A stretch of 63,470 nucleotides of DNA, filler included, from Octopus bimaculoides (GCF_001194135.2; 6 parts of 4 records of this genome joined end to end with filler, not necessarily neighbours in it); one strand, 5' to 3'; positions 26,125 to 39,120 are shown, counted from the first letter of the whole stretch. Notes: generated by a model not told the origin, from the letters alone. Program-made: numbers and translations.

Positions 26125-26645
26125 TGGTTTCAAATATTGGCACTTGGCCAGCAATTTTGTAGGATGGCGTAAGTTGGTTACATGGACTCCAGTGCTCAAC
26201 TGGTACTTATTTTATCGATCTCGAAAGGATGAAAGGCAAAGTCGACTTTGGTGAAATTTGGACTCAGTACGTAAAGAAGGGTGGAGGCGCAATGGCCTAG
26301 TGGTTAGGGAAGCGGACTCGCGGTCGGAGGATCGCGGTTTCGATTCCCAGACCGGGCGTTGTGTGTGTTAATTGAGCGAAAACACCTAAAGCTCCACGAG
26401 GCTCCGGCAGAGGGTGATGGTGACCCCTGTTGTACTCTTTCGTCCCAACTTTCTCTCACTCTTTCTCCCTGTTTCTTGAGTAACGCTGCGATNNNNNNNN
26501 NNCCCCATAGAAACCGGGAAACCGGGCCCATGTACCTGGCTAGGCTTTAAAGGGCGCATAAATAAAAATAAAACGTAAAGAAGGACGAAATACTGCAAGG
26601 CATTTTGCCCGACGTGCTAACGATTCTGCCAGTTTGCCGCCTTAT
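26125..26645 (-). mobile_element. SINE family B split by a family C insertion (26281-26572, + strand)
   Basis: 12-bp TSD ACGTAAAGAAGG at 26269-26280 and 26573-26584. Confidence 0.88.
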
Positions 26646-27277
26646 AAGTACCAGTTAAGTGTTGGGGGCCAATGTAATCGTTTTACCCAACCCTTGAAAT
26701 TGCTGGCCTTGTGCCAAAGTTTGAAACCAATATTTACAATTGATGAATGCATGATATATTGGAAGGTGTTGATAAGCGATTTCGCGCTAATCAGTCGATC
26801 AGGCTTTTTTGTAATGTGTTCCTATGAGAATAACAGTAACACTGTCCCTAATGTAAGGTCACACTTGAACTTCGCAGAAAGCTTGTTGTTGTTGTTGTTG
26901 TTGTTGGCAACTGAGGTATTTTCTAACTTTGAAGAGAATGGTATGATGCAGCATTTGCTATCCTGAGAATGCGCGTTCACCAGGAGAAATCTTCAGGGAC
27001 GGTAAGACCTAGTTATATGTAGCAACAGTAAGGGTTCTGGTTGCAGTTAATGTTTAAGGCGAGGCACGATATTGTTTTCTTGATGTGAGTAGTGATTACG
27101 TCTGTACTGTTGAAGGAGACAAAATTGGTCGGAAACTGTTGAAGAGATGTTATGTCAACACTCCTTCAATTGTGTGATGCCAATCTTGAATTACAAGTAA
27201 AAAGAGAAATTATCTTCAATCATATTTTATTGATAATATTTAAACATTTTTTAGCTTACAATATTTACAATTATTTT

Positions 27278-27670
27278 TAGGCGGCGAGCAGACGGAATCG
27301 TTTCCGCACCGGGAAAAATGCTTAGAGGCATTTCTTCCGATTTTACGTTCGGAGTTCAAATACTGTCAGGGTCAACTTTCCCTTTCGGGATCGGAAGAAT
27401 AAGAACCAGTTCAACATTGGAGTCGACGTAATCGACTGGCCACTTGCCCCGAAATTGCTGGCCTCGTGTCAAAATTTGAAATCAGTATTTATAAATGATC
27501 TGACAGAATCGTCAGCACGTATTTCGTCCGTCTTTACACTCTGTGTTCAAATTTCGCCTTTCATCTTTTCAGGGCCGATAAAATAAGTACCAGTTGAGTG
27601 TTTGGGTTCGATGTAATCGATTTACCCAACCCTTGAAATTGCTGACTTTGTGCCAAAGTTTTAAATCAAT
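27278..27670 (+). mobile_element. two tandem SINE family B copies
   Basis: Family B motifs at 27278-27485 and 27497-27670. Confidence 0.75.
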
Positions 27671-28289
27671 ATTTACTATTGATGAATGCATGATTTGTAT
27701 GAATCACGAAATAATTCTCAGAGAGAGGAATATAATTGTTTGTGGTAACAAGAATAATTTTCAGTGAAGACGTTGAAGGATGAAAATTGATCTAATCAAA
27801 CGTGAGGTTGAAAACACACATAGCTTCCAACCGCAATAAGCTAAATGTCCCTCAAAAAGTCGAATTTCAAATTCCTTTATATGTTTCGCCGAGACAGCTC
27901 TCAAATGTTCTAGCGGTAATTTTTAGGCGCGAAAATTTAATTTTTCCGTTAGACTAACACGCTTACCGTAAGCTGACATCACAGATAATTGGCTAAATAT
28001 TTCTACATATAGTACCGCTGCTTACCAACAACGACCATCTTTGGTCTACAATGTTATTTGTTGGCTGTTGCGGCTTTAGAGCTTTAATTTTCAAGTTCGA
28101 ATCTCAAGGAAAACTAACTGCTACTGCACCATTACAGGATTTTTGAGAGATATCTGTTCAAGGAAGCAATGCCGGCTTGACGTGAGGTATGAAAGATTAC
28201 AGAGGAATGGAGTAGATATATCATCAGTGTATGTGTATTTGTTGTTGACAAATCAGTGGTTGATGTAAATGAGAAAAACTGGGGCATAC

Positions 28290-28341
28290 CAAGGTTGACA
28301 GATAGTGTATCAGGGGGAGCTCCGTCAACACACGCCGCCAT
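28290..28341 (-). CDS. candidate first coding exon of an unidentified gene (MAACVDGAPPDTLSVNL-G)
   Basis: Minus strand reads ggcttccggtccgattgtatcATGGCGGCG..., with an ETS motif about 12 bp upstream and a GTATGC donor after 52 nt. No homologue recognised. Confidence 0.3.
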
Positions 28342-29033
28342 GATACAATCGGACCGGAAGCCACCGACCTAGAAGAGACTGTTTTTAAAGTTATGTTGTA
28401 CTGTTTTGGAATGTTGTAGATGTGTGTATCGAGTTTGGAGTGTTTGAACGTGTAGTAGTAGAGACTTTCGTACATTGGAGTTTACTGCAGCAACAAACGA
28501 TACCCCTTGAATGTTTTGCGGGTCTTTCAATTTGAATGGTTTTCGTTTCATTGTGTAGGCGTGATATAAATGCTACACGTGATATAAATGCCAGGTGTGA
28601 TAACGATGCAAAGTGCTCTGTTTTAGGTTGTTCTTTATAAGAATTTACTGTAAAGAGACAAGCAACAGGACTAGTGTGATCTATGAGGAATGAAATTAAT
28701 TGCTTTAAACACAATCGTTGCTTTTATGTGTTGGTCAAAAACAAGTACTTTAAGAATACATGTATGGCTTTGTACTTTCTTTTCTGTGTCTGTCTACGCT
28801 TGGTATGAACGTAAATCAAAAAGCTGTACACAATTCCTTGTACTTGCGTCTTTTGCGCGTGCGGGGGGTGCATGCATGTGTGTGCATGTGTATGTGTGTT
28901 TGTCTGTGTGTGTGCATGTGGGGGGGGGCGTGTGTGTAATTTCATGGTTATATCGTTGAATGTAGTGTTGTATGTTTAATGTTGAAAAAGGAGGAAATGT
29001 GAAAAGAAGTGATAATTGTTATTGTCGTTATTG

Positions 29034-29127
<94 letters not shown>

Positions 29128-29339
29128 GACGACGAACTGGCAGAATCGTTAGCACGCCGGACCAACTGCTAAGCGGCATTTCATACGTCCTTACGTTCTG
29201 AGTTCAAATTCCGCCGAGGTCAACTTTGCCTTTCATCCTTTCGGGGTCGATAAATAAAGTACCGGTTGGCTACTGGGGTCGATGTAATCGACTGTCCCCT
29301 CCCCACAAAAATCCAGGCTTTGTACCCATAGTAGAAAGG

Positions 29340-29340
<1 letters not shown>
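29128..29340 (+). mobile_element. SINE family B in (ATT)n
   Basis: Complete copy with (ATT)n on both flanks. Confidence 0.88.
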
Positions 29341-29378
<38 letters not shown>

Positions 29379-29619
29379 GTTATCTTGTCATGGCTGTCCC
29401 CTCTTTCTTTCAAACAGTAGACTACATTATCCAACGTGTCCTTCCTTCTTTTTCTTTTTTTTTTTTCCTTTTATTCAAGACGGTAGTAGGTAATTTGAGA
29501 AAGATTCGGGTGCTATTTCTGTCAGGCTAACTCACCACATAGAGAGACCAACATCAATCTTCATTGGTTCTTCTCTATTATAATCTGGCAGACGTTCAGT
29601 CTATTTGTTAATACTGTTC

Positions 29620-29935
29620 TTGCTTACTATTGCTACGTCTACCATTGGTTGCTGTTGTACATCTTACTGCTGCTGCTGCTGCTGTTGCTGCTGTTGCTGC
29701 TCAGCTTCTGTTGTTCTTGTCGTTGTTAATGCTTCTGCACGTGTTATTGTTATTTATGTTATTGTTGCTATTTGTGTTATTCGTTATTGTTTTTGTTATT
29801 GCAGATGTTGCTGCTGCCGCTGTTACTGCTGCAGTTGTTGTCTTCTTGCTTGTTTCTTTGTTTGTTATTGTTGTTGTCGTCATCGTCATCGTCGTCATTG
29901 TTGTTGTTGTTGGTGTTGTTGTTGTTGCTGCTGTG
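29620..29935. repeat. degenerate (GTT/GCT/ATT/GTC)n trinucleotide region
   Basis: Read directly; it explains the poly-L/V/C ORFs. Confidence 0.9.
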
Positions 29936-30039
29936 TGCACTAATGACCTTTTCTACTGAAGTCGCCTCTTCAAATGTCAAACGATCTCTTGCCAAAAGTT
30001 GCAGCTAACTCGAAAACAGTGACAGCTCGAGGTATAATA

Positions 30040-30462
30040 GTTGGATTTTGTTGGTTGGTTCATTGTTTGTTTGTTTGATTGTTTATTTGCTTGCTTGCTT
30101 GCTTGCTTGCTCGGTTGGCTGGCTGGTTGGTTGGTTGGTCGGCTTGTTTGTTGTATTAGTTGGTTGACTAATTTGTTGGTTGCTAGCTTGCTTATTTACT
30201 TAGCTGACTGGTTGATTGATTGATTGATTGATCGACTGACTGGTTGGTTCTTTGATTGGTTGGTTCGTCGGTTTGTTCGTTCGTTGGATTGGTTAGTTGG
30301 TTAAATAGTTGTTTGTTCGTTCGTTTGTTTGGCTGGATGGCTGGTCTGTCGGTGGGCTGATTGATTCCTTGACTGGGTGCTTACTTGCTTGCTTGGTTCG
30401 TTCGTTCGTTGAATTGGTTAGTTGGTTAACAAGCTGTTTGTTTTGGGGTTTGTTTGTTTGTT

Positions 30463-30506
<44 letters not shown>

Positions 30507-30665
30507 TGTTTCTATGGTTGGCTGGTTGGCTGGTTGGCTGGTCTTTCAGCTAGTTGAATGACTCCTTGCTGCTTGCTTGCTTGACTAGTTAGTTAGATAG
30601 TTGGTTGGTTGGTTGGTTGGTTGGTTCCATGCTTATTTGGTGGAATGTTTACTTGCTTGTTTGTC
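30040..30665. repeat. compound tetranucleotide array (TTGG/TTGC/TTGA/TTCG/TTTG/TTTC)
   Basis: 4-bp period kept over about 620 bp. Confidence 0.9.
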
Positions 30666-31063
30666 TTTCTCCACTTCGTTATCCCAGACGATAATTGACT
30701 TGCTACCATGTCGAAGCTTCACAAAACTGCGTCAATAAAGTTCAGATGGAACAGAATCAAAATAAAATAAAATAAAATAAATGGCTACGTTTAGAATCGA
30801 TGTTGTTGATGGTGATGGTGTGTGGGGATGGAGACAGAAGTTTGTTGAAATTTTATGATTACATATATGTGTATGAATGTACTTGTATACATACACGTAC
30901 GTATGTATGTGAGTACAGATATATATCACGTGATCGACCTGGCTATTGGACGTTGTTCTACATTACAGGTCACAATGCGCTTTGCATCGTTTTAGCTTTT
31001 GAATGGTGCCACCCGCTGGCTAGGCGAGCAAGCCAACATATAAATGTGTGTGTGTAGGCATAC

Positions 31064-31096
<33 letters not shown>

Positions 31097-31125
31097 TGTA
31101 TGTATGTATGTATGTATGTGTGTGT

Positions 31126-31507
31126 GGAGGTGCAATGGCCCACTGGTTAGGGCAGCGGACTCGCGGTCATAGGACCGCGGTTTCGATTCCCAGACCGGGC
31201 ATTGTGAGTGTTTATTGAGCGAAGACACCTAAAGCTCCACGAGGCTCCGGCAGGGGATGGTGGCGAACCCTGCTGTACTCTTTCACCACAACTTTCTCTC
31301 ACTCTTTCTTCCTGTTTCTGTTGTGCCTGTAATTCAAAGGCTCAGCCTTGTCACACTGTGTCACGCTGAATATTCCCGAGAACTACGTTAAAGGTACACG
31401 TGTCTGTGGAGTGCTCAGCCACTTGCACGTTAAATTCACGAGCAGGCTGTTCCGTTGATCGGATCAACTGGAATCTTCGGTGTCGTAAGCGACGGAGTGC
31501 CAACAAC
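31126..31507 (+). mobile_element. SINE family C, full length, in (TATG)n
   Basis: A/B boxes, body, tail ...CGTAAGCGACGGAGTGCCAACAA. Confidence 0.9.
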
Positions 31508-31685
31508 AAATGTATGTATGTATATATGTATGTATGTGTGCGTGTGTATAGATATGTGTACATATACAAACACACAAACATGTAATAGTATACATATATA
31601 AATATATAAATTTGTGTATGAGAATTTTTTGTATATATGTATATGTGTATGTGTGTGTATCTAAGTATGTATGTATGTATGTATG

Positions 31686-31719
<34 letters not shown>

Positions 31720-31953
31720 CGTATGGTTGTGTTGCTTAGTTTCAATTGTATTTATTTAGTTGTTTGTTTATTATCAAATGGTTGTATCAGAAACGCACGC
31801 CTATCGGAACGTGGAGACATAAATTACAGAAAAGAATTTGGTCTTCTTACTGTCTTCATTCTGATAGCATAACTCTACTGAGTCATCATGATTCAGTGAT
31901 AAATCTGTTTATTATTTACATCTCCACAATCATTACCACCACCATGTCTTCTG

Positions 31954-32010
<57 letters not shown>

Positions 32011-32084
32011 ACACCATCACCGCCAAAACATTTGCGTCCACCAACTCCACCACCACGGCCAACTATAACAACAACAACAACAAT

Positions 32085-32290
32085 AATGGTTTCCCACAAG
32101 TGCGGCCATTTTGGGGGAGGAGATGAGTAGATTACATTGAGCCCAGTGCATAACTGGTACTTAATTTATCGACCCGGAAAGGATGGAAGGCAAAGTCGAC
32201 CTCGGCAAAATTTGAACTCAGAACGTAAGACGGATGAAATACCGCTAAGCATTTCGTCTAGCGCGCTAAAGATTCTGCCAGCTCGCCGCT
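32085..32290 (-). mobile_element. SINE family B
   Basis: Complete reverse-strand copy between trinucleotide tracts. Confidence 0.85.
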
Positions 32291-32332
32291 TTATAACAAT
32301 GATGATGATGATGGTGGTGGTGGTGGTGGTGG

Positions 32333-32390
<58 letters not shown>

Positions 32391-32399
32391 AGTTCACCA

Positions 32400-32492
32400 A
32401 CATGAACTTCTAACTTGTCTCTTGAGGTCTCTGGGTGAGACTTGGAGCCAACTTGTACAAATTCAAAGCAAAAGTCAAAATAATGAACATAA

Positions 32493-32500
<8 letters not shown>
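32400..32500 (+). mobile_element. possible LINE 3'-UTR remnant ending in (TAA)n
   Basis: Short unique segment sandwiched between trinucleotide tracts; the Dong-like assignment is recall only. Confidence 0.3.
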
Positions 32501-32542
<42 letters not shown>

Positions 32543-32559
32543 TGATGATGATGATGATG

Positions 32560-33055
32560 ATAAATGCCCTAATGCAGTATCAGGCAGTGGCTCTCATGGC
32601 TTCTGATCTTAACTGATTGAAAGTGTTATCATGTACATTGTTTTGTCTTGGTATAAAAGACGGGCTACAGCAAATATTCTGCTGAATACCACAGATTTGC
32701 TTGTCAGTTATTTGACCTTAACCAGTTGAGCATGTCCCATACTGGCTGACGATATGTGCATCTCTAATCACGTGCAGAAGTAGTGGGGGAGCTTCATAGG
32801 CATTTGTTGAGAGGAATTCTATGGGGTTTTAATAATTCACTTTTGGAAACATGGGTGTTTTGTTCAACATCCTTAAACAACCCTTATTCAGGAACTTTTT
32901 GAGCAGGATGGGCTACTCAACCTGAAAAAAATTCTAACTGGACCCCACCTCCAAGGTCCTGTGCTGTTTATCTTGATATGAAATCATCATGTCGTGCACA
33001 TATGGTTGTGATGCATATGCCTGATGTACCCTTATTAGACGGGTAGTCATGGTGG
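32560..33055 (+). mobile_element. second copy of the same repeat, 3'-truncated by (GATA)n
   Basis: Begins after (AAT)n(GAT)n with ataaatgccct...; colinear with 18720-19180. Confidence 0.7.
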
Positions 33056-33071
33056 GCAGACAGACAGACAG

Positions 33072-33133
<62 letters not shown>

Positions 33134-33689
33134 GTAGATAGGTAGATAGATAGATAGATAGATAATTTCCACAAAGTGACATGATAAATATTCTATAGTA
33201 GTTGATGCCCATAGGCTTACTTGTGGTAAAGATTCTATATTTTCTTGATATATTATCCGAAGTCCTTCCTTCCTGTTTGTTTAAATCTCTTAGACAAAAA
33301 TTTATTGTGCTCTCAGATTATTTAAAATTTGCTTAGATTGTTTAAAATTGTATTTCCTAGGCTTTTGTGCGTCTATAAACGTCATAACTCCTGACATGAA
33401 CCAAAAACATCCCAATTCCGTTTTTAAAGTATTCAGATGGTATTTTCCATTATCTTTCTAAGGCTCTCATTGTTTTACAGTGATGTATGAAGCGAACGCT
33501 TCGTTCCTTTCTCCATTTCTAGCCATTTGTACACTAATCATGCTTGATGTCAGTAACCGCTATATATGTGGGGTTAATTCAACAGTAGCAGACGTGATGA
33601 CCCTAAAATCTATCTAAAGAGGGACAGACAGTTTAAAAGTTGACTTCATTACTTTACTTACAATTTGACCAGGTTTGTTTCCTTCGAAA

Positions 33690-34650
33690 TAACTCATTCC
33701 AAAACTGATGCAACACTCTAAACGTTTTGCTTCAGTCTTGAGATTCGTTTTGAAAAATGTAGAGCACAATTCCCCTGGCGAATATTCTTTAACCTCTTCT
33801 ATCGACAACAGAAAGAAATCTTTCGGGATGGATTTCAACATCGGAAGCCATAAAGCCTACAAGAACAAAATCTGAGGAGTAAGACGGTTGGTAGGGGCAA
33901 AACTCGTCACGTGCTTCACGAAAACGTCATTAACAAAGAATATATGAGCAAGGATTGGTCTAATGCAGCATCCGGGTTTTATTTATCAAGACCTCAAAGC
34001 CTCTTCCTTCATTCTGCCTTTCTCATATTCCTCAAAACATTCAAGTAGTATTTTTTTATCGTTTTACCACATGAAAAACGTTGATCAACAGCGCCTACAT
34101 ATTTGAATAGCTCTGATGTGCTGCTTTGATCGCGGTAGCAGTGATTCGACCCAATACGACAGCCGCCCTTTTTTTGCTTAGACATCTTATCCGTAAATAT
34201 ACTCTTCATCATCTTCCATGACAATTTTCAGGAAGTTTTCATCAACATTCGAACGATAAAACAACTTCTAAATGTTTGTGATTCGGTTTTCTTTTTGCAC
34301 ACTTGTCAACAGACGTAGGATACATTTTACAGTAGCATGATGCATCTCCAATTGTACTTTTAAAAGCAAGCGCTGCGAACTTGTACAGAACTTCTTGGAC
34401 AGTTAGAATACGATTTTCAGTGATCCCAACATGCTCTCTTTCGCAATATGATCGTCACCCGCTCTCGTAGAAGGCGTCCAGATTTAGAATCGTCTTCAGT
34501 GGTTTGTTCTTTCTGATTTCAAACCCCGGTACTACTCATGACATGGCGCATGGTTCAAAAACTCTTCTTCGTCGGCTTTAGCAATATAAGAAAAAAATCC
34601 GTAAAAGATTTTTGCCAACCTGAAACAGAAATCCATGCAACGAATCTCAA
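33690..34650 (-). mobile_element. near-full-length, heavily decayed mariner transposase
   Basis: GKTIKKYYLNVLRNMR, PYQPSYSSDF (YSPDL-like), KSIPKD...ECCISFGMSYFEGNK (GDYFEGDK-like); many stops and frameshifts. Confidence 0.8.
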
Positions 34651-35612
34651 AAGATATTAAACATATGTTCACGCTCACGAGTATTGATCAATAACTAACC
34701 AGTGTGATGAGAGAGATGTGACTATTATCGAACTGTAAAGTAAGACCATCAATACACACAGTACAACAGTTGCGAACACAACAGTTGAGAACACGCTACG
34801 TCAGCTGCTTAGCGTACTGTCTTAAAAGCCTGGTTTCTGTTTAGAAAGATTTCGTGATCGTCAGAACATCTAGATGTCCTGAAGGTTAACTTGTGAGTAT
34901 TCCATAGTTTCTTTTATGGTATTTGAGATCTATTGTTTAATTCATTTAGAGATAAAGTTATAGCATCGACTATCTAATGAGTCATTACTCACTCTCAGTA
35001 TCTAAATGTGTGTACGCGCGTGTGACTGTCTCTGTGTACGTGCCTCTATGTGTGTGTGTTTGTGTACACACACAAGCTTATCCGCACATAGAGAAATTGT
35101 GATTTATAATAAGTGACAGCACATGTACTAATGTGGGAATTTAAATTAATTTCAAATAAATGAAAAGTTAAAATACTTATTGATTAAGTCAACTATGAAA
35201 ACTAAAAGCATACCCGGAAGTGGCTACTTCAGTTTTTTACATATCAATTAGAGTATAATTAGTGAGTGATAATTATAAAGATTGTTGATGGAACATAGAA
35301 ATAAAATAAATTAAATTATTTGAATTTTGTGTTTGGAATACGTGGTTGGATTATTAAAAATGAAGTATTAGAATAATAGAAATACTTGTAATCATTAAGC
35401 TTTATGACAGGTAGAGCTATATTAAAGATGCCATGTATAGTTGTGTAAGTATTTATTTATTTATGTGTTTCAGCCAAGTGGCTGCGGTCATGCTGGTGCA
35501 CCACCGTGAAAGTATGTTATAATAAAGTTAGTGTATAAAGGTTCATTATTATCAGAGTTCTGATTTGGGGTTTAAGAGCTTAGTATTATTGTAGATTACG
35601 TAATACACAGAT

Positions 35613-35677
<65 letters not shown>

Positions 35678-36253
35678 NNNNNNNNNNNNNNNNNNNNNNN
35701 NNNNNNNNNNNNNNNNNNNNNNNNNNNNNNNNNNNNNNNNNNNNNNNNNNNNNNNNNNNNNNNNNNNNNNNNNNNNNNNNNNNNNNNNNNNNNNNNNNNN
35801 NNNNNNNNNNNNNNNNNNNNNNNNNNNNNNNNNNNNNNNNNNNNNNNNNNNNNNNNNNNNNNNNNNNNNNNNNNNNNNNNNNNNNNNNNNNNNNNNNNNN
35901 NNNNNNNNNNNNNNNNNNNNNNNNNNNNNNNNNNNNNNNNNNNNNNNNNNNNNNNNNNNNNNNNNNNNNNNNNNNNNNNNNNNNNNNNNNNNNNNNNNNN
36001 NNNNNNNNNNNNNNNNNNNNNNNNNNNNNNNNNNNNNNNNNNNNNNNNNNNNNNNNNNNNNNNNNNNNNNNNNNNNNNNNNNNNNNNNNNNNNNNNNNNN
36101 NNNNNNNNNNNNNNNNNNNNNNNNNNNNNNNNNNNNNNNNNNNNNNNNNNNNNNNNNNNNNNNNNNNNNNNNNNNNNNNNNNNNNNNNNNNNNNNNNNNN
36201 NNNNNNNNNNNNNNNNNNNNNNNNNNNNNNNNNNNNNNNNNNNNNNNNNNNNN

Positions 36254-36762
36254 TATGAAGGGTTTATTCAACTTTAAACTTTTAAACCCAAACCAAACGA
36301 TAACAAAGGAGATCTACTGCGAGCAGCTTGAGCGCTAGAAGAAAAACGACCATCTTTGGTTTCAGAACGAAAGTTGTTTTTCTGTTAGGATAATGCTCGC
36401 CCACATACAGCGAGGATGGCATTTCAAAGGCTAAAGCATCTTGAATGGGAAACGATGCCCCAACCACCCACCATATTCGCCGAACATTGCCCCATCTGAT
36501 TATCATTTATTCTGCAGTCATCAAAATCATTTTTGGACGGAAAAGATATGAATTCCGTAGACGAGGTCAGAACAGGACTGGAAGAGTATTTTTCGTTACG
36601 GGAATGTGAATTTTGGAAGAGGTGCCTTGCAAGTCTACCAGATAGACGGAAGAGCATTGTAGAAGATGAAGGAAGGTATATTTTAGGTTAAAAAAGAACT
36701 TTGCTTATCTTAATTTTGAAAAATAAAAGAAGTATAAAAAACCGCATTATCTATATGTTGAC

Positions 36763-36767
<5 letters not shown>
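36254..36767 (+). mobile_element. mariner transposase 3' half plus right TIR
   Basis: KGLFNFKLLNPNQTITKEIYCEQL, DNARPHT, PPYSPNIAPSDY, then ...ccgcattatctatatgttgacccaa-TA running into (TA)n. Confidence 0.9.
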
Positions 36768-36803
<36 letters not shown>

Positions 36804-37583
36804 NNNNNNNNNNNNNNNNNNNNNNNNNNNNNNNNNNNNNNNNNNNNNNNNNNNNNNNNNNNNNNNNNNNNNNNNNNNNNNNNNNNNNNNNNNNNNNNNN
36901 NNNNNNNNNNNNNNNNNNNNNNNNNNNNNNNNNNNNNNNNNNNNNNNNNNNNNNNNNNNNNNNNNNNNNNNNNNNNNNNNNNNNNNNNNNNNNNNNNNNN
37001 NNNNNNNNNNNNNNNNNNNNNNNNNNNNNNNNNNNNNNNNNNNNNNNNNNNNNNNNNNNNNNNNNNNNNNNNNNNNNNNNNNNNNNNNNNNNNNNNNNNN
37101 NNNNNNNNNNNNNNNNNNNNNNNNNNNNNNNNNNNNNNNNNNNNNNNNNNNNNNNNNNNNNNNNNNNNNNNNNNNNNNNNNNNNNNNNNNNNNNNNNNNN
37201 NNNNNNNNNNNNNNNNNNNNNNNCTAGTCCCTTCCCAAAAATTTCAGGCCTTGTGGTTAGAAAAAAGGTTTGGAGGAAAGTGAAAATAATCGATATCGAC
37301 AGAACATATCCCGACTGGAATCAAATTTTCTAAAAATTAAAATGATTTCTTACAAAGAAGACATCTATTGTTTTTAATCAAATTTAAACCTTAACAAACT
37401 CGTAGACACCGAAAAACTTACATCTCTCTATTTCAATGAGGTCGAACTAAAAATCATCAAAGAACCAACGGTGAACGGCTATGAACTACTTACATGTAAC
37501 TTTGAGGCTCAACAATTCTTGACACCACTCATGATTAAATCCAGCAAGAATTTACACGACATCTTCAAATATTTTGAAACAGA

Positions 37584-37585
<2 letters not shown>

Positions 37586-37615
<30 letters not shown>

Positions 37616-37700
37616 CTTCTTCTTCTTCTTCTTCTTCTTCTTCTTCTTCTTCTTCTTCTTCTTCTTCTTCTTCTTCTTCTTCTCTCTCTCTCTCTCTCTC
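37586..37700. repeat. (TTC)n(CT)n microsatellite
   Basis: Read directly from the sequence. Confidence 0.98.
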
Positions 37701-38089
37701 TACCTATATTTTTGTCTCTATCCCTATCTCTCTTCATCTGTCTTACTCTTTCTCTCTCTCCATCTCTCTTACTCTCTCTCTATCTGTCTATCTTTCTCTA
37801 TCTCTCCATCTCTCCTGCTCTCTCTCTCTCTTTCTCTTCCCTTTTCTTTCTCTCTTTCTCTCTACAACGTAGCAAAGCATTTTCTTACCTTCCTTCCCGC
37901 TTTAATCTTTGACTGAATATATTTTGCTTCTGATTCTATTATATTAGAAATAACCATTGGTCAGAATTCAAAGGACATGTTTACTCTTAGCTCCTCAAAC
38001 AAGTAATCAGTATATATTCTTAACCAGAGCTTATAATAAATTTCATACCTTCTCTTTACGAATATACTCCAGCACACAAGTCCTTGGTT

Positions 38090-38360
38090 TCAATGGCTGT
38101 TGTACGTGACTGTGGCTTTGAACTGGTTGATCACTCTTCCTATTCTCCTGATTTGGCCCCATCTAAATATCATTTTCCCCCAACATGAAAAACACTTGGC
38201 TGGAAACCAGTATCGCAGTGCAATAATGATGATGTCATATCTTCCGTTGATAAGTTTTTGTCAAACAAGATGAAACCTTCTTCATGAATGGGATCCAAAT
38301 ACGGCAACACTTGGTCAGCCATGACCTTTTCTGCCAATCCTCGAATGCATTCACGTGGGT
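38090..38360 (+). mobile_element. mariner transposase 3' fragment
   Basis: MAVVRDCGFELVDHSSYSPDLAPS...KHLAGNQYRS. Confidence 0.85.
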
Positions 38361-38699
38361 ACGTATATGCCTGTGTATGTATCAGTTGTACATACATGTA
38401 TATGTATATGATTGCCAAACATGTTTATTCATCTACACAAGCACTTATTCATTTATGCCTAAACTCCGAGATGAGTATTGTAATACAATGCCTTAAAATT
38501 TCCCTTCTGCCGAAGTCTGTGTTACTAATCAAACACAATCAGCACTGTTCCAGTTGTCAAAACAAAGAAATATGTTATCCCACGGGCTTCACGAAGATCG
38601 AACTTCACACATTCCATCACACTTTCTAAAAATCACTTCATCAATTTATCCTATTGTTCAATAGAAAGTCACTTCTAGCATATTCTACTAATGAAAAGT

Positions 38700-39120
38700 C
38701 TTTGGCGTATTCTAGCGCATACTCATTCTGGTGTGATAAAAACACCTTTGACCAATCACCTCCGAATGTACCCCTTCCATTTCATTAGACCACAACCACC
38801 ACATCCGTATCTACACTTGCCAAGTGCGGAAATATTTCCGGCTGCTTCAAAACTGCAAACCTACTGACCCGGACAAGGTTATTGTCATTATACTCAAGCA
38901 TTGTGTCCCAGAACTTGCTTCAATATTCATTAAACTCTTTAATCTCTCGCTCTCTACGGAGATATACCCTGACATTTTGGAAACATACTTCCGGATGTCC
39001 CATTCCAAAGGAAAGTAGCCCTCGAGCCGCCCAACTATCGTCTCATTGCTTTCATCTCTAAGCTCTCTGGGGAGATTGAGACAGCCATTAACAATGACGT
39101 GTCCACCACCTTGAATCTCT
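38700..39120 (+). mobile_element. CR1/L2-group LINE RT N-terminal fragment
   Basis: KPTDPDKVIVIILKHCVPELASIFIKLFNLSLSTEIYPDI...PIPK...PNYRLIAFISKLS. Confidence 0.85.

Noticed and set aside
32560-32630. HDV-like ribozyme at the 5' end of the (AAT)n-flanked element
   Set aside because: A P3/L3-like patch exists, but I could not assign P1, P1.1 or P2 by eye.
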